Origin: Spirochaetia bacterium
GTDB lineage: Bacteria; Spirochaetota; Spirochaetia; SZUA-6; Bin103
Assembly (NCBI GenBank): GCA_965203055.1
Contig: OZ241863.1
Span: 1,440,001-1,504,000 of the forward strand
DNA: 64,000 bases
Reading direction: 5' to 3'
Each line of letters begins with the position of its first letter. Positions within the stretch are counted from its first letter, which is position 1. The notes below the pieces were generated by a model, which was not told the DNA's origin, did no database searches, and worked only from the letters and a program-made list of their open reading frames with translations. This document shows, piece after piece, positions 48,629-58,819 of the stretch. Made by a program: the position numbers and the translations under genes.

Positions 48629-49234
48629 TCACCCTCGCTGGACCGCGTCAGTCGGGCAAGGCGGGCACTCTTCGCGGGCTGCCTGGGCTAGTTGGAGCAG
48701 AGTGTCCCCCTTGATGTTGAGGAGATTGCTGAGTTCCAGGACGCGGCCGCGGGAAATCTCTTCACGGCGATATGCCTTGATGGCAAGGCGAGCGATCTCG
48801 CTGCGAAGTTTACGATCCCAATGCTGGAGCTGATCTGGTTCGCGGACATCGCTGCTCATCGCATGGAGGTATTCCGGCGGGCCGGAGCGGGGCTCGGCTC
48901 CGAGCAGACGCTTCAGCGTCACGTGCTCACGGCACAGACTTACCCATCGCGCCGCTCGATCCGGCTCCCGCGCCAGTCCAGGGGCCTCGCGATACAGAGA
49001 CTCCAACACGTCATCATCCTCATCGCGCGCGCCTTCCTGCAGAAAGTCAGCCACCGGCCGGAGGTAGAGTTCCGAGAGGCCGGTCAGCTCCAGTGACGAC
49101 ACTGCGCGGCTGCCCGCCTCGATGCCGGTGACCGCCGTCCGCGGCACACCCAGCGCATCGGCCACTGTCTGCTGACTCAGGCCCCTCGCCTCGCGCGCCG
49201 ACCGCAGCCTGCTCCCAAGTTCACGGGCCTCCAT
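48629..49234 (-). CDS. XRE-family HTH regulator, apparently lacking a central ImmA/IrrE peptidase domain
   Basis: LGSRLRSAREARGLSQQTVADALGVPRTAV..IEAGSR; C-terminal AYRREEISRGRVLEL; no HExxH. Confidence 0.8.
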   Translation of the reverse strand: MEARELGSRLRSAREARGLSQQTVADALGVPRTAVTGIEAGSRAVSSLELTGLSELYLRPVADFLQEGARDEDDDVLESLYREAPGLAREPDRAARWVSLCREHVTLKRLLGAEPRSGPPEYLHAMSSDVREPDQLQHWDRKLRSEIARLAIKAYRREEISRGRVLELSNLLNIKGDTLLQLAQAAREECPPCPTDAVQRG

Positions 49235-49276
49235 CGTCCGTCGTTCCAGACTACCGTAACGTGTTCCGGGCGTATC

Positions 49277-49663
49277 TCAGCCGGCGTGGCCGGCGCCATT
49301 GCCGTCGAGCTGCTGCTTGAGGCGCCAGAAGGCCGCCTCGTCGATGCCGGTGGCCGCCTCGATGGTGGACCACGGTACCTCGCGTCCCAAGAGTCCCTGG
49401 ATAGTTTGCAACTGTCCCCTCAGCTCACCTTCCCGGATGCCTTCCTGGCGGCCTTCCCGGATGCCTTCCTGGCGGCCTTCCCGAATGCCTTCCCGAATGC
49501 CTTCCCGGATGCCTTCCTGGCGGCCTTCCTGGCGGCCTTCCTGGCGGCCTTCCTGGCGGCCTTCCTGGCGGCCTTCCTGGCGGCCTTCCTGGCGGCCTTC
49601 CCGGATGCCTTCCCGGCGGGCTTCCCGACGCCCCTCATCGATCATCCGATGCACGTAGGTCAT
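49277..49663 (-). CDS. Putative intragenic small protein (RpnS-type antitoxin), in frame with Rpn, 128 aa
   Basis: Minus strand AAGGAGGAGAGATA-ATG: near-perfect Shine-Dalgarno inside the ORF before Met265. Confidence 0.65.
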   Translation of the reverse strand: MTYVHRMIDEGRREARREGIREGRQEGRQEGRQEGRQEGRQEGRQEGRQEGIREGIREGIREGRQEGIREGRQEGIREGELRGQLQTIQGLLGREVPWSTIEAATGIDEAAFWRLKQQLDGNGAGHAG

Positions 49664-50455
49664 TATCTCTCCTCCTTGGCCCGACACGGTCCGCCGCAGC
49701 GCGTCCGCGAACGCCTGCTGCTGCTCGTTCGACTTCAGCGCCAGCAGCACGTACTCCACGTGCAGCGCCACCCCTTCGATCCCTGTGTCCTGATGCAGCA
49801 TCTCCACCAACTGTACCAATTGGTTGAGCAACTCCTCCCGGCCCGCGCGGCGGTACTCGGTCATCAACGCGAGCTGCGCCAGCCGCGCGCCCAGCGTTCC
49901 CTCCACCGACTCCGGGCTCTGCTCGGTCTGGTCGATCAGCAGGTGCTCGAACTGCGGCACCCAACCCGGGTCGGACTCCGCGCCGGCAACCAACTCGGCG
50001 AACTGCCGCGAGAATCTCCATGGTTCCGCTCCCTGATAGAATACCACCGGCACGATGAGCGGCAACTGCGGCTCCTGCTCGTGCTCGCGGTGCCACTGCA
50101 TCCAGGCCATCAGGCAGTAATGCAGCAACCGCAGCCGCATCCAGCGGTCGGGCGTGGACTGATGTTCGAGCAGCACCAGGACGAGCACCGGAGGGCCGGA
50201 GAGCTCGCGCTCGACGGAGAACAGCAGATCGGCCTCGCGGCCGCGCCAGTCGTCACCGACGAAGCGGCTGGGCCGGTGGGTGAGGGTGGACCACCGTAGC
50301 GTGCGGGCGAGTTCCTGGGGGAGGTAGGAGCGCAACAGGCCGGCGGCGTTCTCGAGATCGGAGAACACGCGGTAGAAGTATTTGTCGTGACGCTGGCTGA
50401 CCGGCGGCTGCGGCTCGGGGGGCTGCGGCTGGTCTGCGGCGTGATCGTCGGCCAT
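49277..50455 (-). CDS. Rpn/YhgA-like PD-(D/E)xK nuclease
   Basis: [46 protein letters not shown]-terminal EGRQ repeats. Confidence 0.93.
   Translation of the reverse strand: MADDHAADQPQPPEPQPPVSQRHDKYFYRVFSDLENAAGLLRSYLPQELARTLRWSTLTHRPSRFVGDDWRGREADLLFSVERELSGPPVLVLVLLEHQSTPDRWMRLRLLHYCLMAWMQWHREHEQEPQLPLIVPVVFYQGAEPWRFSRQFAELVAGAESDPGWVPQFEHLLIDQTEQSPESVEGTLGARLAQLALMTEYRRAGREELLNQLVQLVEMLHQDTGIEGVALHVEYVLLALKSNEQQQAFADALRRTVSGQGGEIMTYVHRMIDEGRREARREGIREGRQEGRQEGRQEGRQEGRQEGRQEGRQEGIREGIREGIREGRQEGIREGRQEGIREGELRGQLQTIQGLLGREVPWSTIEAATGIDEAAFWRLKQQLDGNGAGHAG
49423..49637 (-). repeat. 12-bp tandem repeat, about 18 units, encoding EGRQ/EGIR
   Basis: Seven perfect CTGGCGGCCTTC copies at 49517-49600 plus CCGGATGCCTTC/CCGAATGCCTTC variants. 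Confidence 0.95.
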
Positions 50456-50494
50456 GCGACCCAGCCTTGACCGTAGCCCCCCGACCCTCCGTCG

Positions 50495-53400
50495 TCAAGC
50501 GTTTCCTGCTCCGACTGTGAGCAGGATGGCGGCGATGCGGCGGGCGGTGTCGGTGAAGTGCTGGACTTCGTCGGGGAGGAGGGGGCGGTCGAGGATGGCG
50601 CGCTCGCGGTAGGAGAACCACTTCTTGAGGACCTGGTAGCCGCCGAGTCGGAAGGTCCAGACGGCGGCGGGGACGTTGGTCCAACGGGCGCGGTCGTTCA
50701 GGTGCACGTCGAACGTGGTCGCGCCGAGGGTGGGGCAGGCGGGGCCGAGGGCGGCGCGTTCGGCGGCGGTGCAGGGGCGTTCGGTGACGCGGCCCTGGCC
50801 GGGCATGACGGCGCCGCCGGTTCCGTAGTGGCCCCAGCCGGCGGTCAGGGCGAAGTCGGCGCCGGTCATGTTGCGGCCGTCCGCGGTCGCGGGGACGGCG
50901 ATGGCGGCGAGCTCCGGGCGCAGCGCGCCTGCGGTCACGCCCGGCGCCGGGGCGGCGGGATCGAGGAGGGCGGCCAGCTCCCGGCCGCGGGCTGCCGACC
51001 GGGCGAGCGCGGCAGCGGCGGTCGCGTCGTTGGCGTCGGGCCAGCCGGGGAGCGGGATGCGCGGCCACCCCATGCGCAGCGCGCCGGCGTTGGCTTCGCG
51101 GTAGGCGGGATCGTGGAGCACGGCAAGGACGTGGTGGAACAGGTCCTCGACGGTGAGGCCGAGGCGCGCGAGATAGTGCGCTGCCGCGTCCGTCAGGTTG
51201 GGGCGGCGCCACGCGCGATCGTCCCGAAGCCGCGCCGGGATGCAGGAGGCGCCGCGATCGATGAGGTCAAGACAACCGATCGGCGAAACTACTTGGGGTG
51301 GAGACCAGGCTCGGCGAGGCTTTTGCTGGGTCACGATCGACACGTTGCCGGCAAAGACGTGCGGCCGGTAGTCGGGGCGCGGTCGATCGAGCAAATATCC
51401 GTCCGCTTCCCAGTAGAGCCAGCGGTAATCGAACGGCCGATAGGCGAAGCGCATGAAACCGTCTTCACGCGGCCCGCCGCGGGCGAGCAGCGCCGCGCGC
51501 ACCGCGCGGGCGTCGTACCCCGCCGTGCTCCGCATCGCCGCCGGGTAGCGCCGGGCGATCTCGTCATGCGGCACGGCAGGATCGAAATAGCGCGCGATTC
51601 GCTCCTTGAGCCGGTCCCGGTCGATGTCGACCAGCAGGCCGTCCCGGCTGGTCTTGACGCCGGGGAACGACACGGGAAACAGCTCCGGCAGCGCCGGCCA
51701 GTCGAACCACTCTGCGCTGACCGCGGCGCGCACGAACGGCAATCCGAGCGGCAGGCTCGGCTCGATGCGGTCGTACAGCGCTTCCGGTTCGGCGTCCGCG
51801 GTCTCGACCAACGCCGCGCGCTTGGCCCGGCCCCAGAGCTGGCGCAGCTCGATGGCCGGCGCCGGCGCGTGTTCGGCCTTGCACACCAGCGTCGCGATCG
51901 CCGTCCCCACCTGGATGCCGACCGGATCGCCGGCGGTCGAGAAGATGCTCGGATCGGGCGAGCCGTCCGGCGCGAGCTTGCCGGTCTGGTACTTGTCGCC
52001 GTTCAGGCAGTCGATGCGGATGGCGTCGAACGCCTCCAGACAGCGCTCCCGCATTCCCGTGAACGACAGCCCGTCGAGCCACGAGTAGTTGCTGATGAAG
52101 CAGACCACCCCCTGCCCGGTGCGCTCGGCGATGCGCCGCTCCGCCATGCGGAAGAAGCGGACGTACAAATCGTTCAATCCCTGTCCTTCCGGTCGCCGCA
52201 CCCGCCGCGCGGCGCGGTAGGCCTCGGACAGCGCCCGCTCCTCCTCGACCGCCACGCCGGCGAAGCCGTTGTAGGGCGGATTGCCGAGGATGACCAGGAC
52301 CGGCTCCTCCCGCTTCACCCGCCCGGCGCGGTCGCGCTCCTCCTCCAGCTCCGGGAAGGGGAGCGGCGGCTGCGCCTCCGGCTCCCAACCGGTCAGCGCG
52401 TTGGTCAGGAACACGCCGGGCCGCTCGCCGCCGTCGCCGGCCAGCGCGGCGTCCAGCTCCTGCATGATCAGTCCGACCTGCAGGTGGGCGACCACGAACG
52501 GCGCCGGCATGATCTCGAAGCCGAACACCCGCTGCGTGGCCGCCTGCCGCACGCGCGCGCCGGCCAGCGCGCCCAGCCCCCGCTGCCGGCAGCCGGCGGC
52601 GATGCGGCGCAGCACCTCCACCAGATAGGCGCCGGTGCCGCAGCACGGGTCGAGCACGTAGACGTGGTCCGCGGCCAGCCCGCCGGCGATGCCCAGGTCG
52701 TCCCGCAGCGCCCGGTCCACGCGCGCCACCATGTAGCGGACCACCTCGGCCGGCGTGTACCAGACGCCCAACTGCTTGCGCAGCTCGGGATCGAAGGCGG
52801 CGAGGAACGGCTCGTAGAAGTAGGGCACCGCATCGCCCTCGTCGAAGCGGGCGAAGAACGCTGCCCGGTCGACCCGGTCGAGCGCCGCGGCGGTCCAGTC
52901 CAGCACCTCGACCAGACCGAGCGGGCGCAGCCGGCCCGGATCGGACAACTGCTGAAACAGCGCCCGCAGCACCGGCGCGCGCAGGTGCCAGACCGCGTCG
53001 TGCCAGTTGAACGCGCCCGCCGGGCGGGATGCCGTCGCGCGCGACCACAGCACCCAGGCGGAGAAGACGCCGTAGAACAGCGTCTGCACCAGGGTGGAGC
53101 GGAAGAAGCGCGCGCCGCGCTCGCCCTCGAAGCGCACGCCGAGCGCGTCTTCCAGCGCCGCGCGCACCGCCGCCAGCGCCGGCGAGTCGCCGGCCGCGGC
53201 GACGCGCGCCAGGCCGTCGCGGGCATAGGAGGCGAGCAGCCACGCCAAGTCCTTCGGCTCGGCCAGCGCCGCGCCGTGCGCGAGCGCCCGGCGCAGATAC
53301 TCGCCCAGGCCGGCGCCGACCGCGCGGGCGAAGGCGCGCGGCCGCTCCAGGCGGCGGTCGAACTCCTCTTCGCCGGCGGCCAGGCTGAACGCTTCGAGCG

Positions 53401-53836
53401 CCGTTTCCTCCGCTGCCTGTCCCGCGGCGCCGGGGCCGATCAACGTGAACTCGCGCAGGTTGGTGACCAGCACCAGGCGGTAGCGGGCCCAGTAGCGGGC
53501 GGTCTGCTCGCGGACCGCGGCGGCGCCGGTGTCATCGCCGGCGGACTTCACCTCCACCACACCGCGCTCCGGCGCCTGTCCCGCGCGCGGCCGGCCGCGC
53601 TGCACCTGCCGCGCCGTGTAGAGGCCGAAGTCGGGGTGGCCGGCGCCCTGATCGGCCAGCTCGCCGACGCAGAACACCTTGGGCTTGAGCGTGGTTCCGA
53701 CCGCATCGAGCAGCGCCGCCAGCGGCCCGTAGCTCGACCGTTCGCCGGTGGCGCCGCCGGACGCGCGCATCCTGCGCAAGCCGGTGAAGTACTCCTCGAC
53801 GGCGGCGACGAGCCGCTTCGTCCTGATCTCCATCAC
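50495..53836 (-). CDS. Single-polypeptide restriction-modification enzyme: N6-adenine MTase with Type ISP-like C-terminal TRD, Type IIG-like layout
   Basis: N-terminal PD..EVK, GVWYTP.EVV, VLDPCCGTG, ILGNPPY, YRPFD, GGYQVLKKW.SYR; no helicase motifs. Confidence 0.88.
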   Translation of the reverse strand: MMEIRTKRLVAAVEEYFTGLRRMRASGGATGERSSYGPLAALLDAVGTTLKPKVFCVGELADQGAGHPDFGLYTARQVQRGRPRAGQAPERGVVEVKSAGDDTGAAAVREQTARYWARYRLVLVTNLREFTLIGPGAAGQAAEETALEAFSLAAGEEEFDRRLERPRAFARAVGAGLGEYLRRALAHGAALAEPKDLAWLLASYARDGLARVAAAGDSPALAAVRAALEDALGVRFEGERGARFFRSTLVQTLFYGVFSAWVLWSRATASRPAGAFNWHDAVWHLRAPVLRALFQQLSDPGRLRPLGLVEVLDWTAAALDRVDRAAFFARFDEGDAVPYFYEPFLAAFDPELRKQLGVWYTPAEVVRYMVARVDRALRDDLGIAGGLAADHVYVLDPCCGTGAYLVEVLRRIAAGCRQRGLGALAGARVRQAATQRVFGFEIMPAPFVVAHLQVGLIMQELDAALAGDGGERPGVFLTNALTGWEPEAQPPLPFPELEEERDRAGRVKREEPVLVILGNPPYNGFAGVAVEEERALSEAYRAARRVRRPEGQGLNDLYVRFFRMAERRIAERTGQGVVCFISNYSWLDGLSFTGMRERCLEAFDAIRIDCLNGDKYQTGKLAPDGSPDPSIFSTAGDPVGIQVGTAIATLVCKAEHAPAPAIELRQLWGRAKRAALVETADAEPEALYDRIEPSLPLGLPFVRAAVSAEWFDWPALPELFPVSFPGVKTSRDGLLVDIDRDRLKERIARYFDPAVPHDEIARRYPAAMRSTAGYDARAVRAALLARGGPREDGFMRFAYRPFDYRWLYWEADGYLLDRPRPDYRPHVFAGNVSIVTQQKPRRAWSPPQVVSPIGCLDLIDRGASCIPARLRDDRAWRRPNLTDAAAHYLARLGLTVEDLFHHVLAVLHDPAYREANAGALRMGWPRIPLPGWPDANDATAAAALARSAARGRELAALLDPAAPAPGVTAGALRPELAAIAVPATADGRNMTGADFALTAGWGHYGTGGAVMPGQGRVTERPCTAAERAALGPACPTLGATTFDVHLNDRARWTNVPAAVWTFRLGGYQVLKKWFSYRERAILDRPLLPDEVQHFTDTARRIAAILLTVGAGNA

Positions 53837-53876
53837 CCGCAGCGGGGGTTCGCTCTGCTCGCTTCCCGCCTTCGAC

Positions 53877-55169
53877 TCAGCCGGGCGCGGGGGCTACCGC
53901 TATCGGTTGCCGGGGCACGCGCAGCAGGAACACGCCGCCCACCACGAACAGCAGGGCGATGCTGAGCACCCCGATGCTGGTGTCGCCGGTGAGTTGCGCG
54001 AACACCCCTACCAGGAAGGGACCGAGAATGGCGGCGAACTTGCCGAACATGTTGTAGAACCCGAAGAACTCGGCCGACGCGGCCGCCGGGATGAGCTGGC
54101 CGTAGTAGGAGCGGGAGAGGGCCTGAATCCCGCCCTGCGAGCTGGCCACCAGCATCGAGGTGAGCCAGAACGTTGGCACCTGCAAGCCCGCCGGCAGGCG
54201 CGGAATGACGAACGCCAGCAGCGTCACCAGCACGTACACGCCGATCCCCACCAGCAGCATGGTGCGCACCGACGACGACCGCGCCCGCGCCAGGCGGCTG
54301 TAGATCAAAGCGCAGGGAAAGGCAACCACCTGCACCACCAGGAGCACCACCAGCAGGGTGTTGGCCGACAGCCCGATGTCGGTCCCGTAGGCGGTGGCCA
54401 GCTTGATGATGGTGCCGACGCCGTCGATGTAGAAGAAGTAGGCGATGAGGAACAGGAACACGGTGCGGTAGCGGCGCCGGTCGCGGACCAGGGCGGTCAG
54501 CCGGCGCAGGCTGTCGCGCACCGTGGATTCGACCGGCGGGATGAACTTCGTCTGGCGGACGCGGCGCAGCAGCGGCACGGTAAACAGCAGCCACCACGCG
54601 GCCGCGATCAGAAACGCGATGCGCACCGAGTCCACGGTGGAAAGCACCTCGAACCGCGGCGCGGTCATGATCACCGCCATCGCCACGATGAACGGGGCGG
54701 TGCTGCCGATGTAGCCCCACGCGTAGCCGGCGCTGGACAGCCGGTCCATGCGTTCCGGCGGGGTGACGTCGGTCAGGAAGGAGTCGTAGAACACGTTGGC
54801 GCCGGCAAACCCGATCGACGACAGGACGTAGACGGCGAGGGTCGCCATGACCTGGCCCTCGGCCACGAATGCCAGCACCCCGGTGGCCAGCACGCCGAGC
54901 CCGAAGAACAGCGAGAAGAACCGCTTCTTGCGGCCTTCGTAATCGGCCAGCGGTCCCAGCACCGCCGCCAGCACCGCCACCACCAGGGTAAACAGGCTGC
55001 TCGCATACGCCAGCCAGGCGGTCGAAGTCGCGCCCGGCAGGTCGGCGGCCACCACGTTCTTGAAGAACAGCGGGAAGATCGCCGTGGTAACCGCCAGCAC
55101 GTAGGCCGAGTTGCCGACGTCGTACAGCACCCAGGCGCGTTCGGCGGTGGAGAATGGCGTGCGTCTCAT
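53877..55169 (-). CDS. MFS transporter (UMF1/ATG22-like)
   Basis: AWVLYDVGNSAY, ANVFYDSFL, QALSRSYY, EFFGFY..GKFAAILGP; about 12 hydrophobic segments. Confidence 0.92.
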   Translation of the reverse strand: MRRTPFSTAERAWVLYDVGNSAYVLAVTTAIFPLFFKNVVAADLPGATSTAWLAYASSLFTLVVAVLAAVLGPLADYEGRKKRFFSLFFGLGVLATGVLAFVAEGQVMATLAVYVLSSIGFAGANVFYDSFLTDVTPPERMDRLSSAGYAWGYIGSTAPFIVAMAVIMTAPRFEVLSTVDSVRIAFLIAAAWWLLFTVPLLRRVRQTKFIPPVESTVRDSLRRLTALVRDRRRYRTVFLFLIAYFFYIDGVGTIIKLATAYGTDIGLSANTLLVVLLVVQVVAFPCALIYSRLARARSSSVRTMLLVGIGVYVLVTLLAFVIPRLPAGLQVPTFWLTSMLVASSQGGIQALSRSYYGQLIPAAASAEFFGFYNMFGKFAAILGPFLVGVFAQLTGDTSIGVLSIALLFVVGGVFLLRVPRQPIAVAPAPG

Positions 55170-55239
55170 CTGCCTGCAGCATACCCGGCGCGGGCGCGAA
55201 TCGGCTACGCCAGTCGGCTATCTATCAGCTATCTATCTG

Positions 55240-56139
55240 TCAGGAGGCTACGGTCACGCCGGCGGCGTCCAGCGCCGCGGTCAGCTCCCGGTAGCCGAGG
55301 CGCGCGTATTCCAGCGGGTTCGCCGTGGCCGGATCCTGCTCCGCCTCCACCACCGCCCAGCCGCGATAGCCGATCTCGGCCAGCAGCCGGGCGAAGGCGC
55401 GGAAGTCGATGCCGCCGTCGCCCGGCACCGTGAACACGCCGGCCAGCACCGCGTCCAGGAAGCTCAGGTCGCGGGCCCGCGCCTGGGCCAGCACCGCGCG
55501 CCGCACGTCCTTGCAGTGCACGTGGTTGACCCGCGCCGCGTGGCGCCGCGCCAGGGCCAGCGGGTCGCCGCCGGCGAACACCATGTGGCCGGTATCCACC
55601 AGCAGCCCCACCGCCGGGCCGGTGTGTTCCATCAGCAGATCCACTTCCTGCTCGGTCTCGATCACGGTTCCCATGTGGTGATGGTAGGTCATCGGCACGC
55701 CGCGCGCGGCGAGATATTCGGCCAGCTCGGTGAGCCGGCGGCCGTAGTCGGGGAAGTCGGCGCGCGCCAGGACCGGGCGCCGGCTGAGCGGCGCGCCGCG
55801 CGCGCCCTGCACGCTGCCGGTGGTCTCGGCATATACCATGACCGGCGCCCCCAGCGCCGCGAAGACCGCGAGTTGGCGCTCGATTCGCTCCCGTTCGCGG
55901 GCTACCGAGCCCTCCAGGAGCCGCCCCGAGAACCAGCCGGAAACCAGCCGCAGATCGTGCGCCCGCAGTTGCGGGCCGAGCAGCGCGGCGTCGAGCGGAA
56001 ACTTGCCGCCCGACTCCACGCCGCTGAAGCCGGCCCGGCGGCTCTCGCTGAGACAGGTCTCCAGCGAAGTCGCGCCGCCGAGCTGCGGCAGATCGTCATT
56101 GCTCCACGCAATGGGCGAGATTCCAAGCTGCACGGCCAT
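55240..56139 (-). CDS. iolE: Myo-inosose-2 dehydratase
   Basis: GISPIAWSNDDLPQLGG, YHHHMGT, DTGH, HVHCKDVR, FTVPGDG, VVEAEQDP. Confidence 0.95.
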   Translation of the reverse strand: MAVQLGISPIAWSNDDLPQLGGATSLETCLSESRRAGFSGVESGGKFPLDAALLGPQLRAHDLRLVSGWFSGRLLEGSVARERERIERQLAVFAALGAPVMVYAETTGSVQGARGAPLSRRPVLARADFPDYGRRLTELAEYLAARGVPMTYHHHMGTVIETEQEVDLLMEHTGPAVGLLVDTGHMVFAGGDPLALARRHAARVNHVHCKDVRRAVLAQARARDLSFLDAVLAGVFTVPGDGGIDFRAFARLLAEIGYRGWAVVEAEQDPATANPLEYARLGYRELTAALDAAGVTVAS

Positions 56140-56162
56140 GCGGCGCGCCGCCCCCGATCAGG

Positions 56163-57788
56163 TCAGTTGCCGTGGAAGCGGTCGTAGGCGGTCTGGAAGA
56201 TCGCCATGACCTGATCCAGGCCGAGCCGGTCCAGCTCCTTGAGGTAATCGTCCCAGCCCTCGTCGACCCCGCCGTCCACCATCCAGTTGGCGATCGAGGT
56301 CTGAATGAAGTTGAAGATCTCGGTGCTGGTCACCGCCAGCTCTTCCTGTTCCTCGTCGGTATAGGTGATGTAGGCGTAGTGCCGCTCCTGCGGCCAGATC
56401 CACGGTTCGTAGACCTCGCGGATGTAGCGGTCGCGGTTGCCCTGCTCGCCGGTCCAGTTCACCTTGTCGGCCGCGCGCTTCGACACGTAGGTCGGGAAGA
56501 AGTTGTGCGGCCCATGCTCGAACCAGTCCACCCCGCGCCCGGTCACGGTGCGGGTGCCGTCCGCTTCCCGGCGGATCAACGGTCCGCCGTAGGAGGCTTC
56601 GATGCTGAAGGTGTCGTCGGCCCACGGATCGATGAAGCGCACCATCGCTTCGGGATACTCGAACCGGCTGAAGATGGTAAACGCGTTCTTCTGCAGGCGC
56701 ACCGGCTGCGAGCGGTAGCGGCGCACGCCGGTGGGACCCATCAGCGGCGGCAGCGGATCGTAGAACTCCTCCACCGGCGCGGTGATGAAGTAGGAGCCCC
56801 AGTAGCCGGAGATCGGCGGCACCGAACGCGACCGCGGGGTAAAGTCGGACCCCTTGTTGGTGAAGAACTCCTCGGTGATCAGATCCTCGGCGTAGAGGCG
56901 GTGCAGAAACTTGACCGCGTCGCGCAGCTTGGGGTCGGTGGCGCCGAATTCCACCACGCCGTCGTTCACCGACAGGTACTTCTCGGCGCCCACTCCCTGG
57001 CCCTTCATCCACAGGCCGAAGGCGTTGTACAGCTCCCACTCGCCGCCATTGCCCCAGGCGTGGAAGCGGCCCAGCCACGGCACGCCGTTGGCCGGCAGGG
57101 TGCCGTCGTCGATGCCGGTGCGGAACGCCTTCAGCGCCTGGTAGAACTCCTCGGTGGTCTCGGGAATCTCGTCGATCCCCATCTTGCCGAGCCAATCGAC
57201 GTTGATCGCCATGGTGTCGCGGATGCCGTAGTCGTTGAGGATCTCGCGGTAGTAGGGCAGGCTGTAGATCTTGCCGTCGGGTTGGGTAATCGCCTGCTGC
57301 ACGATCGGGCGCTCGGCGAACGCCCGCTTCCAGCTCGGCGCGTAGGCGTCGATCATCTCGTCCAGCGCCCACACGTCGCCGGCCTGCGCGGCGCCCCACA
57401 GGTTGCGGTCGGTCACGCCCATGTTGAACATCACGTCGGGATACTCGCGGCTGGCGAATATCAGGTTGCGCTTCTCCGACACCTGCGCCGACGGCACGGT
57501 CTCGAACACCAGGTCGATGTTGGAGCGCTCCTGCAGCTCCGCGATGAGGGTCATCGCGTCGAATTCGTAGTGCACGTGGGCGGCGCCCAGGACCATTGCC
57601 TGGACGGTGACCGGCGTGTCCACGATCGGGTAGCCGGCGTTGTTGAAGCCGACCGCGGCCAGGCGCCCGGCGGCCCCTTCGGCGGCCGCGCCCGCGTCGG
57701 CCTCCCCGGCGGCGGGCAGCAGCCCGGCCGGGACCAGTGCCAGCGCCAGCGCGGCAACGGCGATTCGATGCTTGTGCTTCTGTATCAC
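56163..57788 (-). CDS. Carbohydrate ABC transporter solute-binding protein
   Basis: GTG 57788 with GGAGGAGG RBS; signal peptide; GYPIVD.PVT, PDGKIYSLP, IPETTEEFYQALKAF, WDDYLKEL. Confidence 0.9.
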   Translation of the reverse strand: MIQKHKHRIAVAALALALVPAGLLPAAGEADAGAAAEGAAGRLAAVGFNNAGYPIVDTPVTVQAMVLGAAHVHYEFDAMTLIAELQERSNIDLVFETVPSAQVSEKRNLIFASREYPDVMFNMGVTDRNLWGAAQAGDVWALDEMIDAYAPSWKRAFAERPIVQQAITQPDGKIYSLPYYREILNDYGIRDTMAINVDWLGKMGIDEIPETTEEFYQALKAFRTGIDDGTLPANGVPWLGRFHAWGNGGEWELYNAFGLWMKGQGVGAEKYLSVNDGVVEFGATDPKLRDAVKFLHRLYAEDLITEEFFTNKGSDFTPRSRSVPPISGYWGSYFITAPVEEFYDPLPPLMGPTGVRRYRSQPVRLQKNAFTIFSRFEYPEAMVRFIDPWADDTFSIEASYGGPLIRREADGTRTVTGRGVDWFEHGPHNFFPTYVSKRAADKVNWTGEQGNRDRYIREVYEPWIWPQERHYAYITYTDEEQEELAVTSTEIFNFIQTSIANWMVDGGVDEGWDDYLKELDRLGLDQVMAIFQTAYDRFHGN

Positions 57789-57897
57789 GCATCCTCCTCC
57801 TTGAGTGGAGGCACGATACGCTACTTCTCCCCCCGTTTCAATCACGCGCCCGCGCGTCCGCGCGCCGGCGCGTCCGCGCGCCGGCGGCGCGGGCTGC

Positions 57898-58803
57898 CTA
57901 ACCCTTTATCGCTCCGATCATCACGCCGCGCACGTAGTGCTTCTGCACGAACGGATAGAGCAGCAGCACCGGCACGCTGGCCACGATGATCATCCCGTAC
58001 TTGATCGACTCGGCCAGCATCATCGCCGCCAGCGCGTTCTCGTCGTCTATCTCCAGCTCCTCGGTGAAGGTGTTCTGGATCAGGATGTCGCGCAGGATGA
58101 GCTGCAGCGGGAACCGCTCGCGGTCGCGCAGGTAGATCAACCCGTGGAAGAAGCCGTTCCAGTGGCCGACCGCGTAGAACACCATCAGCACGGCCACGAT
58201 CGCCCCGGACAGCGGCAGCACCACCGAGCGGAAGAAGCGCAGGTCGCTGCAGCCGTCCATCACCGCGGCGTCGAGCAGCTCCTGCGGGATGGTGTTCATG
58301 AAGAAGGTGCGGGCAATGATGATGTTGAATACCGAGACCGCCAGATGCAGGGCGCTGCCGCCGGCCGGCAGGATCATGATCCAGAACGAGTTGTAGAGCC
58401 CGAGGTCGCGGATCACCAGGAAGGTGGGAATCAGGCCGCCGCTGAAGAACATGGTGAAGGTGAGGTAGAGCATGACGGCGTTGCGGCCCGGCAGGTCGCG
58501 GCGGCTCAGGGCGTAGGCGGCGGTGAGTGTCAAGCCCAGGTTGAGCATGGTGCCGAGCGTGGTGTAGGCCAGGCTGTTGCGATAGCCGCGCAGCAGGTCT
58601 TCGTGCTGGACGATGCGGGCGTAGCCGTCCAGCGTCAGCCCGCGCGGGATGATCCACACCTTGCCGGTGTTGACCAGCACCGGGTCGCTGATCGAGGCGA
58701 TCACCACGAAGAACAGCGGGTAGGCCACCGCCGCCAGAATCAGCGACAGCAGCACGTAGAGCACGGCGTTGAGCACGCGGTCCTGCCGCGCCAGCGCGAT
58801 CAT
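57898..58803 (-). CDS. Carbohydrate ABC transporter permease
   Basis: FTMFFSGGLIP, EAA-like IPQELLDAAVMDGCS, YPFVQKHYVRG...GAIKG. Confidence 0.95.
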   Translation of the reverse strand: MIALARQDRVLNAVLYVLLSLILAAVAYPLFFVVIASISDPVLVNTGKVWIIPRGLTLDGYARIVQHEDLLRGYRNSLAYTTLGTMLNLGLTLTAAYALSRRDLPGRNAVMLYLTFTMFFSGGLIPTFLVIRDLGLYNSFWIMILPAGGSALHLAVSVFNIIIARTFFMNTIPQELLDAAVMDGCSDLRFFRSVVLPLSGAIVAVLMVFYAVGHWNGFFHGLIYLRDRERFPLQLILRDILIQNTFTEELEIDDENALAAMMLAESIKYGMIIVASVPVLLLYPFVQKHYVRGVMIGAIKG

Positions 58804-58819
58804 GCCGCTATCCCCAACC

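Noticed and set aside
49423..49637. 12-bp array as CRISPR or iterons
   Set aside because: No spacers; it is an in-frame coding repeat typical of Rpn C-termini.
49277..50455. Rpn as an active transposase or IS element
   Set aside because: No terminal inverted repeats or target duplication seen; the family is a PD-(D/E)xK nuclease despite its legacy name.
50558..53965. 1135-aa plus-strand ORF
   Set aside because: Antisense shadow of the RM gene with no recognisable motifs.
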